Assembly: GCF_009914755.1 (NCBI RefSeq)
Contig: NC_060925.1
Source: the human T2T-CHM13v2.0 reference genome, Homo sapiens
Direction: 5' to 3' (one strand)
DNA: 64,000 nt
Every line of letters starts with the position of its first letter. The stretch's first letter is position 1. A model generated the notes under the pieces. That model was not told the origin of the DNA. It ran no database searches and worked only from the letters and a program-made list of their open reading frames with translations. Made by a program: the position numbers and the translations under genes. Below, one piece after another: positions 47,864-64,000 of the stretch.

Positions 47864-48536
47864 CTAAAATATTTAAAAGCAAGAAATAATATTGGATAGA
47901 AGAAACCTGACTATAGTTGAGCTGAGTCTCCAAGCTTTAAATATAATCATCCAAGCATACTTTTAATTAACCAAAATATCTTAAGTCTAACTCTATTTCT
48001 ACAAACAAAGCACAGTTACTAATAGTGTCTACATGAAAAATTACAGGTCTTGATTCCAAGTCTTCGAATCCTAAGTCACAGGTACATATATCACTATATA
48101 AAAAATGAAACTCAATTAACTTCTTAAATTTGGACTTAATGATTTCAAATTTGTTCTACCCCAAAGTCTCTGATAATTCTTATATAACTTACAAAATTAT
48201 TTTGAAACAATATAATAAAATGGTTAAGTTATCAAACAAGACTATATATTTAATGAACATTCACTGTGGCTTTATAAAATCTGAGTGTAGCTTCATGGCA
48301 AAGTATAAAAATGTAGTGTCCCAAATAAAACATTTAAAAATTAATAGAATGATTTACATATTCTATTATGAAGAATATTTATTAGTTTATGTAAAATCAT
48401 GGTCTTTGCCAGGATAAAAATATTTGTAGTGCCTCAGTCCTTAAACAGAAAAATATTATCCACTGCTGATAAGAGTTAATACCAATATTGAGGGCAGAAG
48501 ACTTTCTTTCACGCAAATTTAAAAATTAAAACTACA

Positions 48537-48856
<320 letters not shown>

Positions 48857-49735
48857 TTAATGAATCGGTTAATTGTTCTTTCCTGCTGAGGAAATAGCAT
48901 TCCTTGTTATAAGCCTTAACTAAAGTGAAAGCTACAACCTCAGTCAAGAATGCAATAAGCTCTACTTTGGTTTCCCAGGGGAACAGTAGATGTAAACATC
49001 ATCTCTAAGAACCAACTGATGTGAACCTACACATATGGAAAAAACTAAAACACTGATATCCATGTGCTGCTTTTATAAAAGCATTATAAAAGCCCACAGA
49101 TGATATAATATTACAGCTTCTGCCTTAGTTTTCCAGCTACACAACTCCTACTCCATCAGCTTTACAATATTAAATCTTTTTTTAAAAATGAAGATATATG
49201 CCTAGTAAAGAAAGAACTGATTCCTCAATCAATTAATATAGAGTAAGATAATCACCAGCATCCCATCTTGTTTTGCTTTGCAATGATGATTACAGTACTA
49301 TGTTTAAATAAGCTGAGATTTGGACTAAATGAAATTTGTTGAACAGTGTCCCCAAAACAAACAAAAAGCAGTGGATTCAACCTATAAAGCATTTTAGCTT
49401 TAGATACATTAAGAAGTGTAGTTGTAATTTATTGACTTCTGGGTTTTAAATGCCAAATAACTAGCTTTTATATTTAACCTTTCATTCATGGTGGATTTAT
49501 CTCTTCAGTTAGAAGGGTCACTTAAAACATAAATTCAGTAAAGATACCCAAACTATTTCCTGAGATTTGTAAGGACAGCTCTGTTCCAACTTATTTTAGG
49601 GGAAATGTTATAAGTCAATAAATGTTTATAAAACATTTAATAAAGTTCTTTTGACAGAAATAAAAATTCTTAGTTTTATCATAAATTGTCATAAAAGGCC
49701 AAGACAATTCACAGACACTTATTATAAGGGTACCA

Positions 49736-50059
<324 letters not shown>

Positions 50060-50281
50060 TCATATTCTTCAAAAGAAGGATGAGTAAACATAAGCTGCCT
50101 AAATCAACTCTGTCAATGTTTGATAGGTCTGTCCCTCAGAACTTTTCCATTATTTCTAAGAGACAAAATCAATCTATATCAATTATTCTTTATCTGGATG
50201 CACAGATTTTCTACGTATCAAAACATCGTCTAGAGACTTAAATGACTGCACTCTTTCTGTCCTTTTGAAATTATAATAAGG

Positions 50282-50474
50282 TCAATGGTTTTCCATTGGG
50301 TGAGTATGGAAACTGCAGGATAATTTTGGTCCTTGTGACAACAAGGACTAAGGAGTGCTACTAGCATTTAGTGTGTGGCAGTTGGGTACACAAAACGTCT
50401 GGCAATGCCCAGGACAGTTCTCAGCAACACTGTTGTCCTATTAAAATGCCAACAGTACTCCCACTGAGAAACTA
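50282..50474. mobile_element. hAT-Charlie MITE (MER20-like)
   Basis: caatggttttc ... gagaaacta ends; tgctactagcatttagtg and aaaatgccaacagtac motifs. Confidence 0.5.
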
Positions 50475-51611
50475 ATGGGGGCTTCAAGAAGTCCCCTGAA
50501 TTCAAAAAGCTATGTTATAATTACATTACCATCAAAGCAATATTTTTCAACTGGCCCACAATATAGCCTTCCTTATTTGAAGGTATCCATAAAGTATAAA
50601 ATAAATCAAGTAAACATTCCTACTAGTGAATACAAATTATATTGCTCTGTAATTATTAGGCAGCAGGGAAAGATTATAATGCTTCCACCCTTATATTCTG
50701 TTACTCCTTTATGAAAGAAAATAAAATATTCTTCTAGATTTCAAAGTATTCAATATTATCAGAGCATTATTTAGTATTAACTAATCTCAAAATAAAAAAA
50801 AATTACTTGGGATAGAAAAATGAACCTAGCCTAACTAACTTAAATATTTTTATAAAGGCAAACAAGCCAACCAAACTTTCTTTTGTCCACATGACTGGGG
50901 AATTTTAAATTACCTAATATTCTAGTTAATACAGTTATCATCTATGCCAAACTGGTGTTAGAATACAGTTAGACATATTTATATTGACCATTTTAATCAC
51001 GAGTTTCAAAAAACACTTAAGGACATTGTAGGCCCTCAGGATAATCACTATAAAGGTAATGATCCTATCTGTAAGAGTTACAATGTTAACTAATTGGAGA
51101 TTCTCTTTTATAGAAAGCCAAATCAACTAGTTTTGCAAAATTTTAACGTCATGAACTTAGAGGACAGGCAATAAATATTATTATAAATGCAAATATATCT
51201 ACATGGTGATACTCTTAACAATTCAAGATCCTGAATCTAAGAAAGGATTTAATTTATTCCACATTCCAGTGAGATTATCCCTCTGCTTTTCAGATAGACA
51301 AGAAAAACAGATTCTGCAATAATAAAACATATTTTTATTTAATCTCCTCTCATTTTCTGACCCTACCCTAACCTAGTGAATCAAAATCTCTGGAACCTAA
51401 ACACACCAGGGCTTATTCTCACTTTGATGTTTTTGCCAAGATTGTTTCATTAAGAAAGAAGTCCTTGCTTTACCAGTCTACCTAAATTCTACTCATCCTT
51501 CAAGGCCAAGTTTATGTCCTCTCCCCTTCATAAAGTTTTCTATGTCCATGAGGTACACAGTGCACTTACCCTCCACTGAAGCCATCTCACTTGTCAATTA
51601 AGTATTGTTTA

Positions 51612-51956
<345 letters not shown>

Positions 51957-52248
51957 CTACCTGCCACTAGGCTGTCAGCACCTTGATAAGATGAATTGTA
52001 TCTTACAGGATGGTGTTTACACTTCCTATAGTCACTGATCATAACTACTAAGCCCTTAATGAACTTCCATTAGGTCACACATTAACTCCATTAATTTATA
52101 CACCTTATTTAGTTTTCTATGAACATAACCTCTTTAACTTCTAAGGTGATAATTCTCCTAAGGCTAAAGACTGAATTTATTTTTTAAATCCACTCAGTTT
52201 ATAAATATTTATTCTATCATAAGCAATATTCCCCCAATCTTTTGTTTT

Positions 52249-52544
52249 AGAGATGGGGTCTTGCTGTGCTGCCCAGGCTGGAGTGCAGTGGCTCTTCACA
52301 GGCATGATCCCACTACTGATCAGCACAGGAGTTTTGGCCTGCTCCATTTCCACCCTGGGCTGGTTCACCCTTCTTGTGTGACCTAGTTGTTCACTGCTCC
52401 CAGGAGGTCACCATATTTATGCTCAACTTAGTGCAGACTGCCTATCAGCATAGAGAACTACAGCCCAAACTCCTGGGCTCAAGCGATCCTCCTGCCTCAG
52501 CCTCCCGAGTAGCTGGAACTACAAGTGGCACCACTGTGCCAGGC
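52249..52544 (-). pseudogene. RN7SL344P: 7SL (SRP) RNA pseudogene, full length
   Basis: Alu-like ends enclose the 7SL S-domain (gcactaagttgagcataaatatggtgacctcc ... gtgctgatcagtagtgggatc), which Alus lack; about 296 nt. The 7SL identity is secure; the locus number is from memory and unverified. Confidence 0.9.
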
Positions 52545-52839
52545 TAAAGCTGCTTTTTGTGTTTGTATTTTTCAAACTAGCAATCCACTGCTTCACCTCC
52601 AGACAGCCCTCAATTTGAACTATATTAACCTGCTTTCCTCCCAGTTACTATTTTTTAAAACAGTCTTATTGAAATATAATTCACATTGTCCCAGTTTTTT
52701 TTTTTTTTTAAGTCTCTACATTCCCACTTCTGGGTGACTTAGAATGATATATTTTTTCTTTTAATATTTTCTAAATTTTTATTTAAAGTATACATATTAA
52801 AGTCTATGTCTATATTTCAAAGCACAGTAAGATATTTGA

Positions 52840-53148
<309 letters not shown>

Positions 53149-53210
53149 AAATGGATTCCTTTTTAACCTTCCTTTCTGGATGTCTATCTACTGCCTTCAG
53201 GGTAGCTTAC

Positions 53211-53329
53211 CAGTCCTTTGTCCTGGAGGCACATCATCAGTGTGCACACATCTCCTGTTGCCTGATGATTCACCAACATCACTGCTTCATCTTTTGAAAC
53301 TGCTTTAATATCTTCTCCCCATTCCATCA
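53211..53329 (-). CDS. LPGAT1: LPGAT1 coding exon 3 (119 nt), catalytic motif I
   Basis: Acceptor ttcttacag|TG, donor CTG|gtaagc. Translates (V)MEWGEDIKAVSKDEAVMLVNHQATGDVCTLMMCLQDKGL, with the HxxxxD acyltransferase motif (NHQATGD). Confidence 0.97.
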
Positions 53330-53533
53330 CTGTAAGAACAAAAAAGTTTCAAAGCTGTCATTTTAAAGATTTTTATATTATCACAAACCTTATATTAGAA
53401 AAAATGATGTATATTAATGATGATATGTCACCTAGCTAAAACATCCGAAAGTTTAGAACTAAGTTTATTTCCTGTGCAAATCAGAATGTTAATATAACTT
53501 TTATAGAGCCCCCAAATATACATTAAAATATAA

Positions 53534-53872
<339 letters not shown>

Positions 53873-54378
53873 TGATCTAGAAGTTCTATTTCCTAGAATT
53901 TATCCTACAGAAACTTGTTCAAATAAGCAAAGATATATGTATAAAGAATGTTTATCACAACTTAAATGTTCACCAACAAGGGAATGGACAAGAAAATTAT
54001 GATGTAATAGGAGAGTATAAACCCGTTAAAATAATGGAGGATATCTCTTATTCACTAACCCAAAAAAGATGTATTATCAACTAACAAAGCAAATCACAAA
54101 ACAGTAAATATAGCATGATCCCATCTTTTTAAAGCAGGAATACCATCCATGTGTTGTTCAATGCACTGAAAAACGTCTAGAAAAATAAATTTCAAACTGT
54201 TAATACCGATCATCAATGAGAGGTGGTTCCCAACCCTTCAGATTCTATTTTATAAGAAAACATTCAGACATAATAATGCATACTTTCACCTTAAAATAAT
54301 AAAACTAATACAAATGCCAAATTATTTGAAGTTATCAGATGAAAAGTCACTGCGCCAAAATCTATATGTACATTCTAA

Positions 54379-54732
<354 letters not shown>

Positions 54733-54959
54733 ACCTCATTTTACAGTAAATTTATGTCAAGCCTCAGTTTTCAAACATCAGAATTCTGCAAAGAATCTTC
54801 TAGCATTTTTTGATATGAATTATCAAAGGCCAATTCTACATTAGTATTCTTTACCCTAACCTTATCTCACTCACTGCTGCAAGGAAAGAATTCAAGCCAC
54901 CTGTGTGTAAAAGCTCAGGATGAAATAGGGATAGGGAGACCTGTTTAGAAGCCAATTTT

Positions 54960-55932
<973 letters not shown>

Positions 55933-56353
55933 TAATACAATCTTCATTCAATAAATCAGCATCAGGCATGGTTAGGTGTTGTGGATATAAAATAAGTAAG
56001 AACATTTCAAGTATTATTCTAAAGTGAACAGCAGTTAAAACTCAAGAAAAGTCTAGCTTGGTTCTATAAATAGTGGGCTATTAAGAGGTAATGTGGACAG
56101 TTTTCTGGCTCTCCATCTGTATTAATAGATGTCTCATCACCAAATAGTCCTTTAACGCAATCTGTGCTACATGAGTGGAAAATACTAGATACCTAGGCCC
56201 ATGCAGTGGGAAGGCATATATGTCAATATAACTGCAAATAAGAATAAGTTTTTACATAAAATATATCTTACCTGTTTGCTTTATATAAATCAGATAAATC
56301 TAGTAAGTGTGACTGGTTTAAATATGAAAACATAAATTGAATTTGGAACCCTC

Positions 56354-56769
56354 TGTACTGGGTTGAACAGTATACTCCAAAAATTCATGTCCCCCCAAAA
56401 TCTGTGAATCAAGATGAGGTCATACTGGATTAGGGTGGGCCCTAAACCTAAATCCAATAAGACTGGAGTCCTTATAAGAATAGGAAAATGTGGGTCAGAG
56501 AGACACACAGGGAGACCACCACGTGATGACAGAGGCAGAGATTGAAGTGACGCACCTACAAGCTGAGGGACACCAAGGATGGTGGACAACCACCAGAAGA
56601 AGCTGGAAGAGGCAAGGGAAGAGCCTCCCTGAGAGTCTTTCGAGAGAGCATGGCCCTGCTGACGCCTTGATTTCAAGACTTCTAACTTCCAGAACTGTGA
56701 AAGAATAAATATCTGCTGTAAAACCCACTTTGTGGTAATTTGTTATGGCAGCCCTAAGGAATTAACATA
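56354..56769 (+). mobile_element. MLT1C-like MaLR LTR
   Basis: gggttgaacagt...aagatgaggtcatactggattagggtgggccctaa...tgttatggcagcccta. Confidence 0.85.
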
Positions 56770-57100
56770 ACCCCTCCCTCAATTTTCCCCATCCTCTCTC
56801 TTCCCTTTCCATTCTATTTTCCCCAAAATTATAGTCTTTCTTTTCTTATCAAGTATAGGAAAAGAATTGCATTATCTTTTAATATTCAGCACATTATATA
56901 TAATCTAACATTATGTATTATAAATGGTTTTTAATTTTCACTTCTAAATACTTTCAGAAATTATACTTTAAAGTATAATTATTAAGAGTTAATCCACTAC
57001 ATGTTTTATCTCTCAATCAGAACTTAGCCAAAATTTATTTTCAGACCAAATGTCAATTTACCAAGACTCACATAGCATGCTGAATCAAAAAAGTGAAGGT

Positions 57101-57567
<467 letters not shown>

Positions 57568-58074
57568 TTATCCTGAGGTAGCAATAAGGTCGTGTTGAAT
57601 TTTATAATAATTCTAATTTTATTCAACAACAAATTTAATTTCCAATATATATGGTATTCTTCTTTTAGAGCATAATTTAAGGACCACTATTAGAAAGTTA
57701 AATGACCAACAAAATCAGTATTAAAATGTTTGTAGTGAAAGAGCAATTTATTACACAGATGAAGTAGCTATGCTCCTCAGATTATGCCTTGCTATTCCAG
57801 GACCAGTAAATATAGTAATAAAGCTAATATCTTAACCAAGGGATAGAAAAGAAATTATGGATGTCTACAGTTCTTACACTGCACTTGATTAGAAGAACAA
57901 AAATATTCTAACACGCTGCTCTATGAAATGAATTCTCAAAAAAGAATTGGGTCAGGTCCACTATTTCCAAAGGGAAAAAGGACAACTGAATAAAAACTGG
58001 AGGAAAAATTTTCTAATTGTAATAAATTTTAAAATTCTTATTGAAAACCAAAGCTAAAGGTTATCATCTACTAC

Positions 58075-58107
58075 ATACACACAACACACACACATACACA
58101 CACACAT
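58075..58107. repeat. Imperfect (CA)n microsatellite
   Basis: acacacaacacacacacatacacacacacac; a similar tract lies at about 55885-55920. Confidence 0.8.
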
Positions 58108-58522
58108 TCTAACATGTATATCAATATACTTTTCCCAAAAGTTATAGATTAGAATTAATCTGGACAGTTCACATCTCAAAAAGAAAATAGAAACAACCCA
58201 TCAAAAACTCCTTAACAACAGTGACACTAAAGCCATTATACTGGCCTACAAAACAGAATTAACAGAGAGAAGAAAGGTTGCTTATTATGCCCGCAAGCTG
58301 ATGCAACAAACTATTTTATCCTTCTGTGTCTTCATTTTCTCACTTATGAAACAATAATATCATTAATGCTACGTAAACATGTTGCAAAAATGAGGAAGAT
58401 CTAATTGACAGTACCATAGAGATCCTGAGTAATGGGATTAAAGTCACTTTTGGAATCACTAGTAACTAAAAGAGCCCTATGCCTACTGTGTCATATGAAA
58501 ATCAGTCTAATAGTAAAGATTA

Positions 58523-58850
<328 letters not shown>

Positions 58851-59414
58851 TTAGAGAGCCAAAATAATCCATAAGTGAATTTCACATAGCTGGAGAACTG
58901 TGGCTTTCAGCAGTCCAGGTTTGAGGCAGACAGGATTGGATTCATCCAAGGGAGGGTGTTAGTTCATTAAAAGTGGCCATGAGAGAGTGGCTTAAAGTAC
59001 TGATTAATGGAGTGGAGACTGGTGAGGAAAAGCAGCCTTGCAAACAAACAGCTGACTACCTAGAAAAGAGAGGGAGGGAGGGCAATCATACATAGAGATG
59101 CTGATGCCACCCCCATCTCCATAACATTCTAGTCAAGCTTCCCAAGGGAAGGCCCAGACTTTTGAAAAACCTCCTAATACATACTTCTAAATAAGAACCA
59201 CTGGAATTGAAGTGCTGATAAGTTTAATTTTATTTTTTTTTAAGCAAGTACATTGTACACACTAGGAAATCATGGTCAGTGTCCCTTTGACTCTTAAATT
59301 TTAAGAGGTTAAAATTTGAGAAAGCAAGGCTCAAGAGGTAGCTTTTGGAGGGGTTACATAACTAAAATAATAATAGTAGCAGATATTATTAAATAGATAT
59401 ATAAATAATAATCT

Positions 59415-59630
59415 TAATAGCTAACATTTATGGAATGTTTATTATGTGCCATGCACTAGTACTTAGTAATAGAAAATAATTTACATTATTTTCTGATTTA
59501 ATCTTCACAAAATTCCAAATATGCAGATAGTATCATCCCCAATATGCAAATGAGGAAAATGAGGCACAAAAGGTTAAGCACTGTTTTCAAACTTACATAG
59601 TTAGGAAGTAGGGGAACTGGGATTCAAAAC
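59415..59630 (-). mobile_element. MIR
   Basis: atagctaacattta...atgaggaaaatgaggcacaaaaggttaag...ctgggattcaaa. Confidence 0.75.
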
Positions 59631-60093
59631 CACAATATCATATTGTCACTGCTGGCATGCTTCATGTCAAAGAACCTTAAGGACAGGAACTTGGATAAAT
59701 GCCCTTGCAGCCCCTAAAGTTGCCCATGATTATGCCAGGGAATAGGGTGGACAAGCCAAGTCCCAAAGTCCTCAACAAATAAGGATGGAGGATGGCAACA
59801 ATAAGGAGGGGTAGAGAGGTATATAGCCAAATAATCAAGCATTTTTCTCAATGACAGTTGAATAATAACCAGGTCTAAAGGGGCAGGTATCTAAGAAAAA
59901 AAATCAACATTGTCTTTGGACCCAGATGGGATTGTCTTAAATATAATATGCTCAATACAGAACTGGCTCTTTTCCCTAGTCTTCCCCATCTTAGCAAAGA
60001 ACACTGCTGTTCACCCAGTCATCTGAAGATGAAACCTAAGACTATCTTTCATTTCTCCCTTTCCTTAATCTTCCACATTCAATCCATCTCTAA

Positions 60094-60446
<353 letters not shown>

Positions 60447-61236
60447 CCTCTCTACTACTACCATTCTAATCCAAGCCACCAATAACTCTTGCCTAGACTT
60501 CTGCAATGACTTCCTAACTAGTCTTCTTGCTTCCACTCCGCCTATCTATGTAAAACAAATCTTTAGAATTCCAATTTCAAATATCATTAAAATCAGAAAC
60601 ACCACTGTCAAGCATGAATTAGGGAAGAGCAGGAAAATCAAAGATAATAACTGGGAATTAACTTTCACTGTCATTAAGATTTAGTTTAAGTTAAACTTGT
60701 ACTGTTTTCAAAAGGGGAGCTAGTGGCATTTTGGCTGAAGCAATTCTTCCCCCTACAGCTCATCAGTACTGCAAAACTTTTAGCTTGCCTGGCCAATAGT
60801 CTGTTACAATCCAAAAGGTAATTCCAAACATCCTGACTCCACCCCAATCTCCTTTGAGAAGCACTAAGTTAAAATTATGTCAATATAAGCCTGTGGTAAA
60901 ATCAGGGTGAGGTTAAATAACAAGTGAGAATCATCCTAACAACATTAGGACTAAATAAACACACGTTTATAGCAAACAAAGATCCATCTCTATGATTCCC
61001 TTCCCTTCACCCACTAAGCTCCCAGGATATGGCAGCCAAGAGTTTGGAACAATCTCCTCTAGGGAATTTGATCACCTCAAGAGGAAAGACCTAAAAATAC
61101 TGACATTTGGGGTTCCCCAGTGAAATATTCCAATAAGATTACCCTACAGTGAGGCTCAATGTTGATAAGCCACAGCCACTTGCTTGGCTACAAATCAACA
61201 TTTTAATCTCTCACTCTTAAAACAAGAACAGACAGT

Positions 61237-62461
61237 TGAAGGGGATGAGAAAAGCAGATGTGTGAAGGGCTCTATGTTATCCCCACTTCCAGCTTGAAAC
61301 AAGGCATAAACTCCCCATGCAAAAGTTACCCTCCTGATACTAGGAAGAAAAGAATATTCTTATCACCAGGAATGGGGAGTCAATGCAGGGATGAGTCTGC
61401 ACAACAAACCGTACTAAAATAATCCTTTCCTTCCATTAGTTTCCCCCATGTAGTTCCTAGTCACTTTCCTACAATTTGCCACCCTTAGAAACTCAAAACC
61501 CTTTCCTTCATCCAGTCATTTCTCTTCAATTTATTACCCTTTGTTAAAATGGTATATAAAGCCAGGCTTGGTGACTCACACCTGTAATCCCAGCACTAAG
61601 GCCGAGGTGGGAGGACTGCTTGAGCCTAGGAGTTCAAGATCAGCATGGGCGACAAAGCAAGACCTCATCTCTACAAAAAAAATTTTTAAAAGAACTTAAC
61701 TGGGCATGCTTATAGTCCTAGCTATTTGGGAGGCTGAGAAGGGAGGATCACTTGAGCCCAGGAGTTCAAAGCTACAGTGAGCTATAATCACGCCACTGCA
61801 CTCCAGCCTGGGAGACAGAGCGAGACCCTGTCTCTTAAAAAAGGGAAGGGGAGGGGAGGGGAAGAGAGGGGAGGGGAGGAGAAAGAAAAGAAGGGAAAAG
61901 AAAAGAAGAGAAGAGAAAAGAAAAGAAATGGCACGGTGGCTCACTCCTGTAATCCCAGCACTTTGGGAGGCTGAGGAGGGTGGATCACTTGAGGTCAGGA
62001 GTTCGAGATCAGTCTGACCAACATGGTGAAACCCCATCTCTACTAAAAAAAAATTTTTTTTTAAATTAGCCAGGCATGGTGGCACACACCTGTAGTCCCA
62101 GCTACTTGGGAAGCTAAGGCAGAAGGATTGCTTGAAACTGGGAGGTTAAGGTTGCAGTGAGCCAAGATTGCACCACTGTATTACAGCCTGGGTAACAGAG
62201 TGAGACTCTGTCTCAAAAAAAAAAAAAAAGAGAAAAAAAGAAAGAAAGAAAAAGGTATATAAAATCCTGAATCTAAATGCTTCTTTGGAGTTTTCACTTC
62301 TTTTCTATGAAGCCCCCTGTGCCACATAAAAAATGCTAACATCAAATAAAATGTGTATGCTTTTCTCTTATCAATCTGTCTTTTGTTAGCCTAATTAGGC
62401 TAACAAAACAGGCGATAGCTACGAAACCTGAGGGCAGAGGAAAAGTTTTTCCTCCCCTACA
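61237..62461 (+). mobile_element. MER34-family ERV1 LTR split by two Alus
   Basis: TG...ttttcctcccctaCA ends, TSD cagt/tagt, AATAAA at about 62345. The Alu insertion duplicated the TATA-like ggtatataaa. Confidence 0.72.
61561..62252 (+). mobile_element. Two tandem Alus (61561-61927 AluJ-like with purine-repeat tail; 61929-62252)
   Basis: Two dimers separated by a (GGAGG)/(GAAAA) tract. Confidence 0.9.
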
Positions 62462-62479
62462 TAGTCATGTATTGCCGGA

Positions 62480-63850
62480 GACCTGAAAAAGGCTGTTAAT
62501 GTGAAAGAGAGCAAAGCAAACAGAAAAATAAAGAATCTGAGGAAACAGAGGCATTACACAAAAAAGAAAACTTCAAGAGACCAGCATTAATATCTATATT
62601 GAGGTAAGAGATGAGATGATGATAATAACCATGAGACAAGAATAAGAAAAAAAAGGACCTGCTGGAAATTAACATAATTGTAAAAATAAAAGTCTCAATA
62701 GAAAAACCGAGAGATAAAGTTGAGATAATCTTCCAAACACGAGATTTAAAAACAAGATGAAAAACAAGAGAAGACTTGAACATTAGAAGACAATTCCACA
62801 AAATCCAGCCTTCAAATAACAAGAGTTCCAGAAAAAAGAACAGAGAAAAAGAAATCAAAGATGTAGTTAAAGAGCATTTGAGGGTGTGGATTTCCACTCT
62901 GACATGGGACATCAAATGGCTAGCACAGTGGATAAAAACAGACCTATACCAAGACATACATCCCCATGAAATTTCAAAACAATAAATCAAAGAGAAGAGC
63001 CAACAAACTGTCAGAAAGGAAAAAGAGGACACATATAAGGATAAGGAATCAGATTAACTTGGAATTTCTCAATAGCTTCTGAAAGCAAAAAATATTGTAG
63101 AGATTATTATTAAAATAATAATGACTTCAAAATTGTGAAGAAAGGCTGGTCTAAAGGTAGTGAGTTATTTCAACTGATTGTTCACAAAGACTGAACTTGT
63201 TTTCCTCACTACTGCACTTGACCTGGGGAAAAAAAAAGAGAAAAAAAAATTCCAAAGAAAAACTACTTTCAACCCAGAATTCTCCACCCAGCCAAATAAC
63301 CAATCAGGTGCAAGCACAGAAAAATATTTTCAAGTGTGTGACATTTTGAAAAATTAACCTCTTGCTCTCATGAAGATATTGGATGGTATGTTTCACTAAA
63401 ATGAGAAATAAACCAAGAAAGAGAAAGACATGTGAAAAAAGAAATTGGGAACACAGCCAAGGAGACAGGCAAAAAGGATTTTCAGGATGATAGGGAAGGA
63501 AGATAATCAGGATGTCGGCTGTATACCAGGCTTAGTGGATAACCAGTCCAAATTGGAGCAAGTTAGGCACTTCCCAGACAGACTTTCCAAAAAAGATGAA
63601 ATTGGCAGAGTAGCATCTGAATGACTTAAGAGGAGATCTAAAAATGAAAAGGAGTTGGGGGTGAATTAGTGATCATTTCATACCAAAGCAAGCAAAAGAA
63701 GAAACAAAAATTATTAAATCTAGGAACAACTCTGTGCAGGAAAGTAAAAGTGAACAGTTTTATACATAGCTCAGCTCTGAGTAGATTTACATCTTCATAA
63801 TAAAGAAAAACTCCAAATACTGACACTACCAAAATTACAATAAAATTCAA
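62480..63850 (+). mobile_element. Old L1M 5'/ORF1-region fragment
   Basis: A-rich strand; gagttccagaaaaaagaacagagaaaa and tttcaacccagaattct motifs. Confidence 0.55.
63144..63225 (+). pseudogene. Y RNA (RNY1-derived) pseudogene
   Basis: GGCTGGTCTAAAGGTAGTGAGTTATTTCAACTGATTGTTCACA...CTCACTACTGCACTTGAC matches both hY1 ends. A-rich tail to about 63249; degenerate TSD aaaattgtgaagaaa/aaaattccaaagaaa. Confidence 0.88.
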
Positions 63851-63881
63851 ATACAAACTAGAAAATGTATTTATTTTTCAG

Positions 63882-64000
63882 TTTTTCTTTCTTTTTTTTT
63901 TTTTTTTGACACAGTCTTGCTCTGTCACTCAGACTGGAGTGCAGTGGCACAACCTTGGCTCACTGCAGTCTCCACCTCCCATGTTCAAACAATTCTCCTA
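63882..64000 (-). mobile_element. Alu (cut by window edge)
   Basis: T-tract followed by the reverse complement of the Alu right monomer. Confidence 0.9.

Noticed and set aside
62496-63032. 178-aa hydrophobic ORF, the longest in the track
   Set aside because: It is the antisense strand of an A-rich old L1 fragment; the Phe/Leu/Ser richness is compositional.

Overview
Primate (human-like) genomic DNA, rich in Alu and other interspersed repeats. The window holds the 3' part of LPGAT1 (lysophospholipid acyltransferase, LPLAT7) on the minus strand. Six coding exons lie at 53329-53211, 47863-47768, 43637-43364, 39192-39066, 11203-11097 and 10186-10035. All have GT-AG borders, and they splice into one open frame ending ...QYFYHCLF*. 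A 3'UTR of about 6.4 kb probably runs to an AATAAA at 3613-3608. The start codon and promoter lie beyond the right edge; exon numbers 3-8 follow my recollection of the reference gene model. The introns and flanks contain about 43 Alus, nine LTR elements (including two oppositely oriented MER41A-like LTRs), DNA transposon fossils, L1/L2/MIR fragments, a full-length 7SL pseudogene and a Y1 RNA pseudogene. Almost all ORFs in the supplied track are Alu or AT-rich artefacts. I found no clearly new biological system. The best leads are (1) Alu-bracketed exon blocks predicting circRNAs, one of which would be a stop-free 489-nt circle encoding the catalytic core; (2) a candidate alternative last exon in intron 5; (3) loss of the poly(A) signal in the only sense-oriented intronic LTR; and (4) a 23-bp tandem repeat that triplicates a miRNA seed match in the 3'UTR. 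Repeat subfamily calls were made by eye and their boundaries are approximate.
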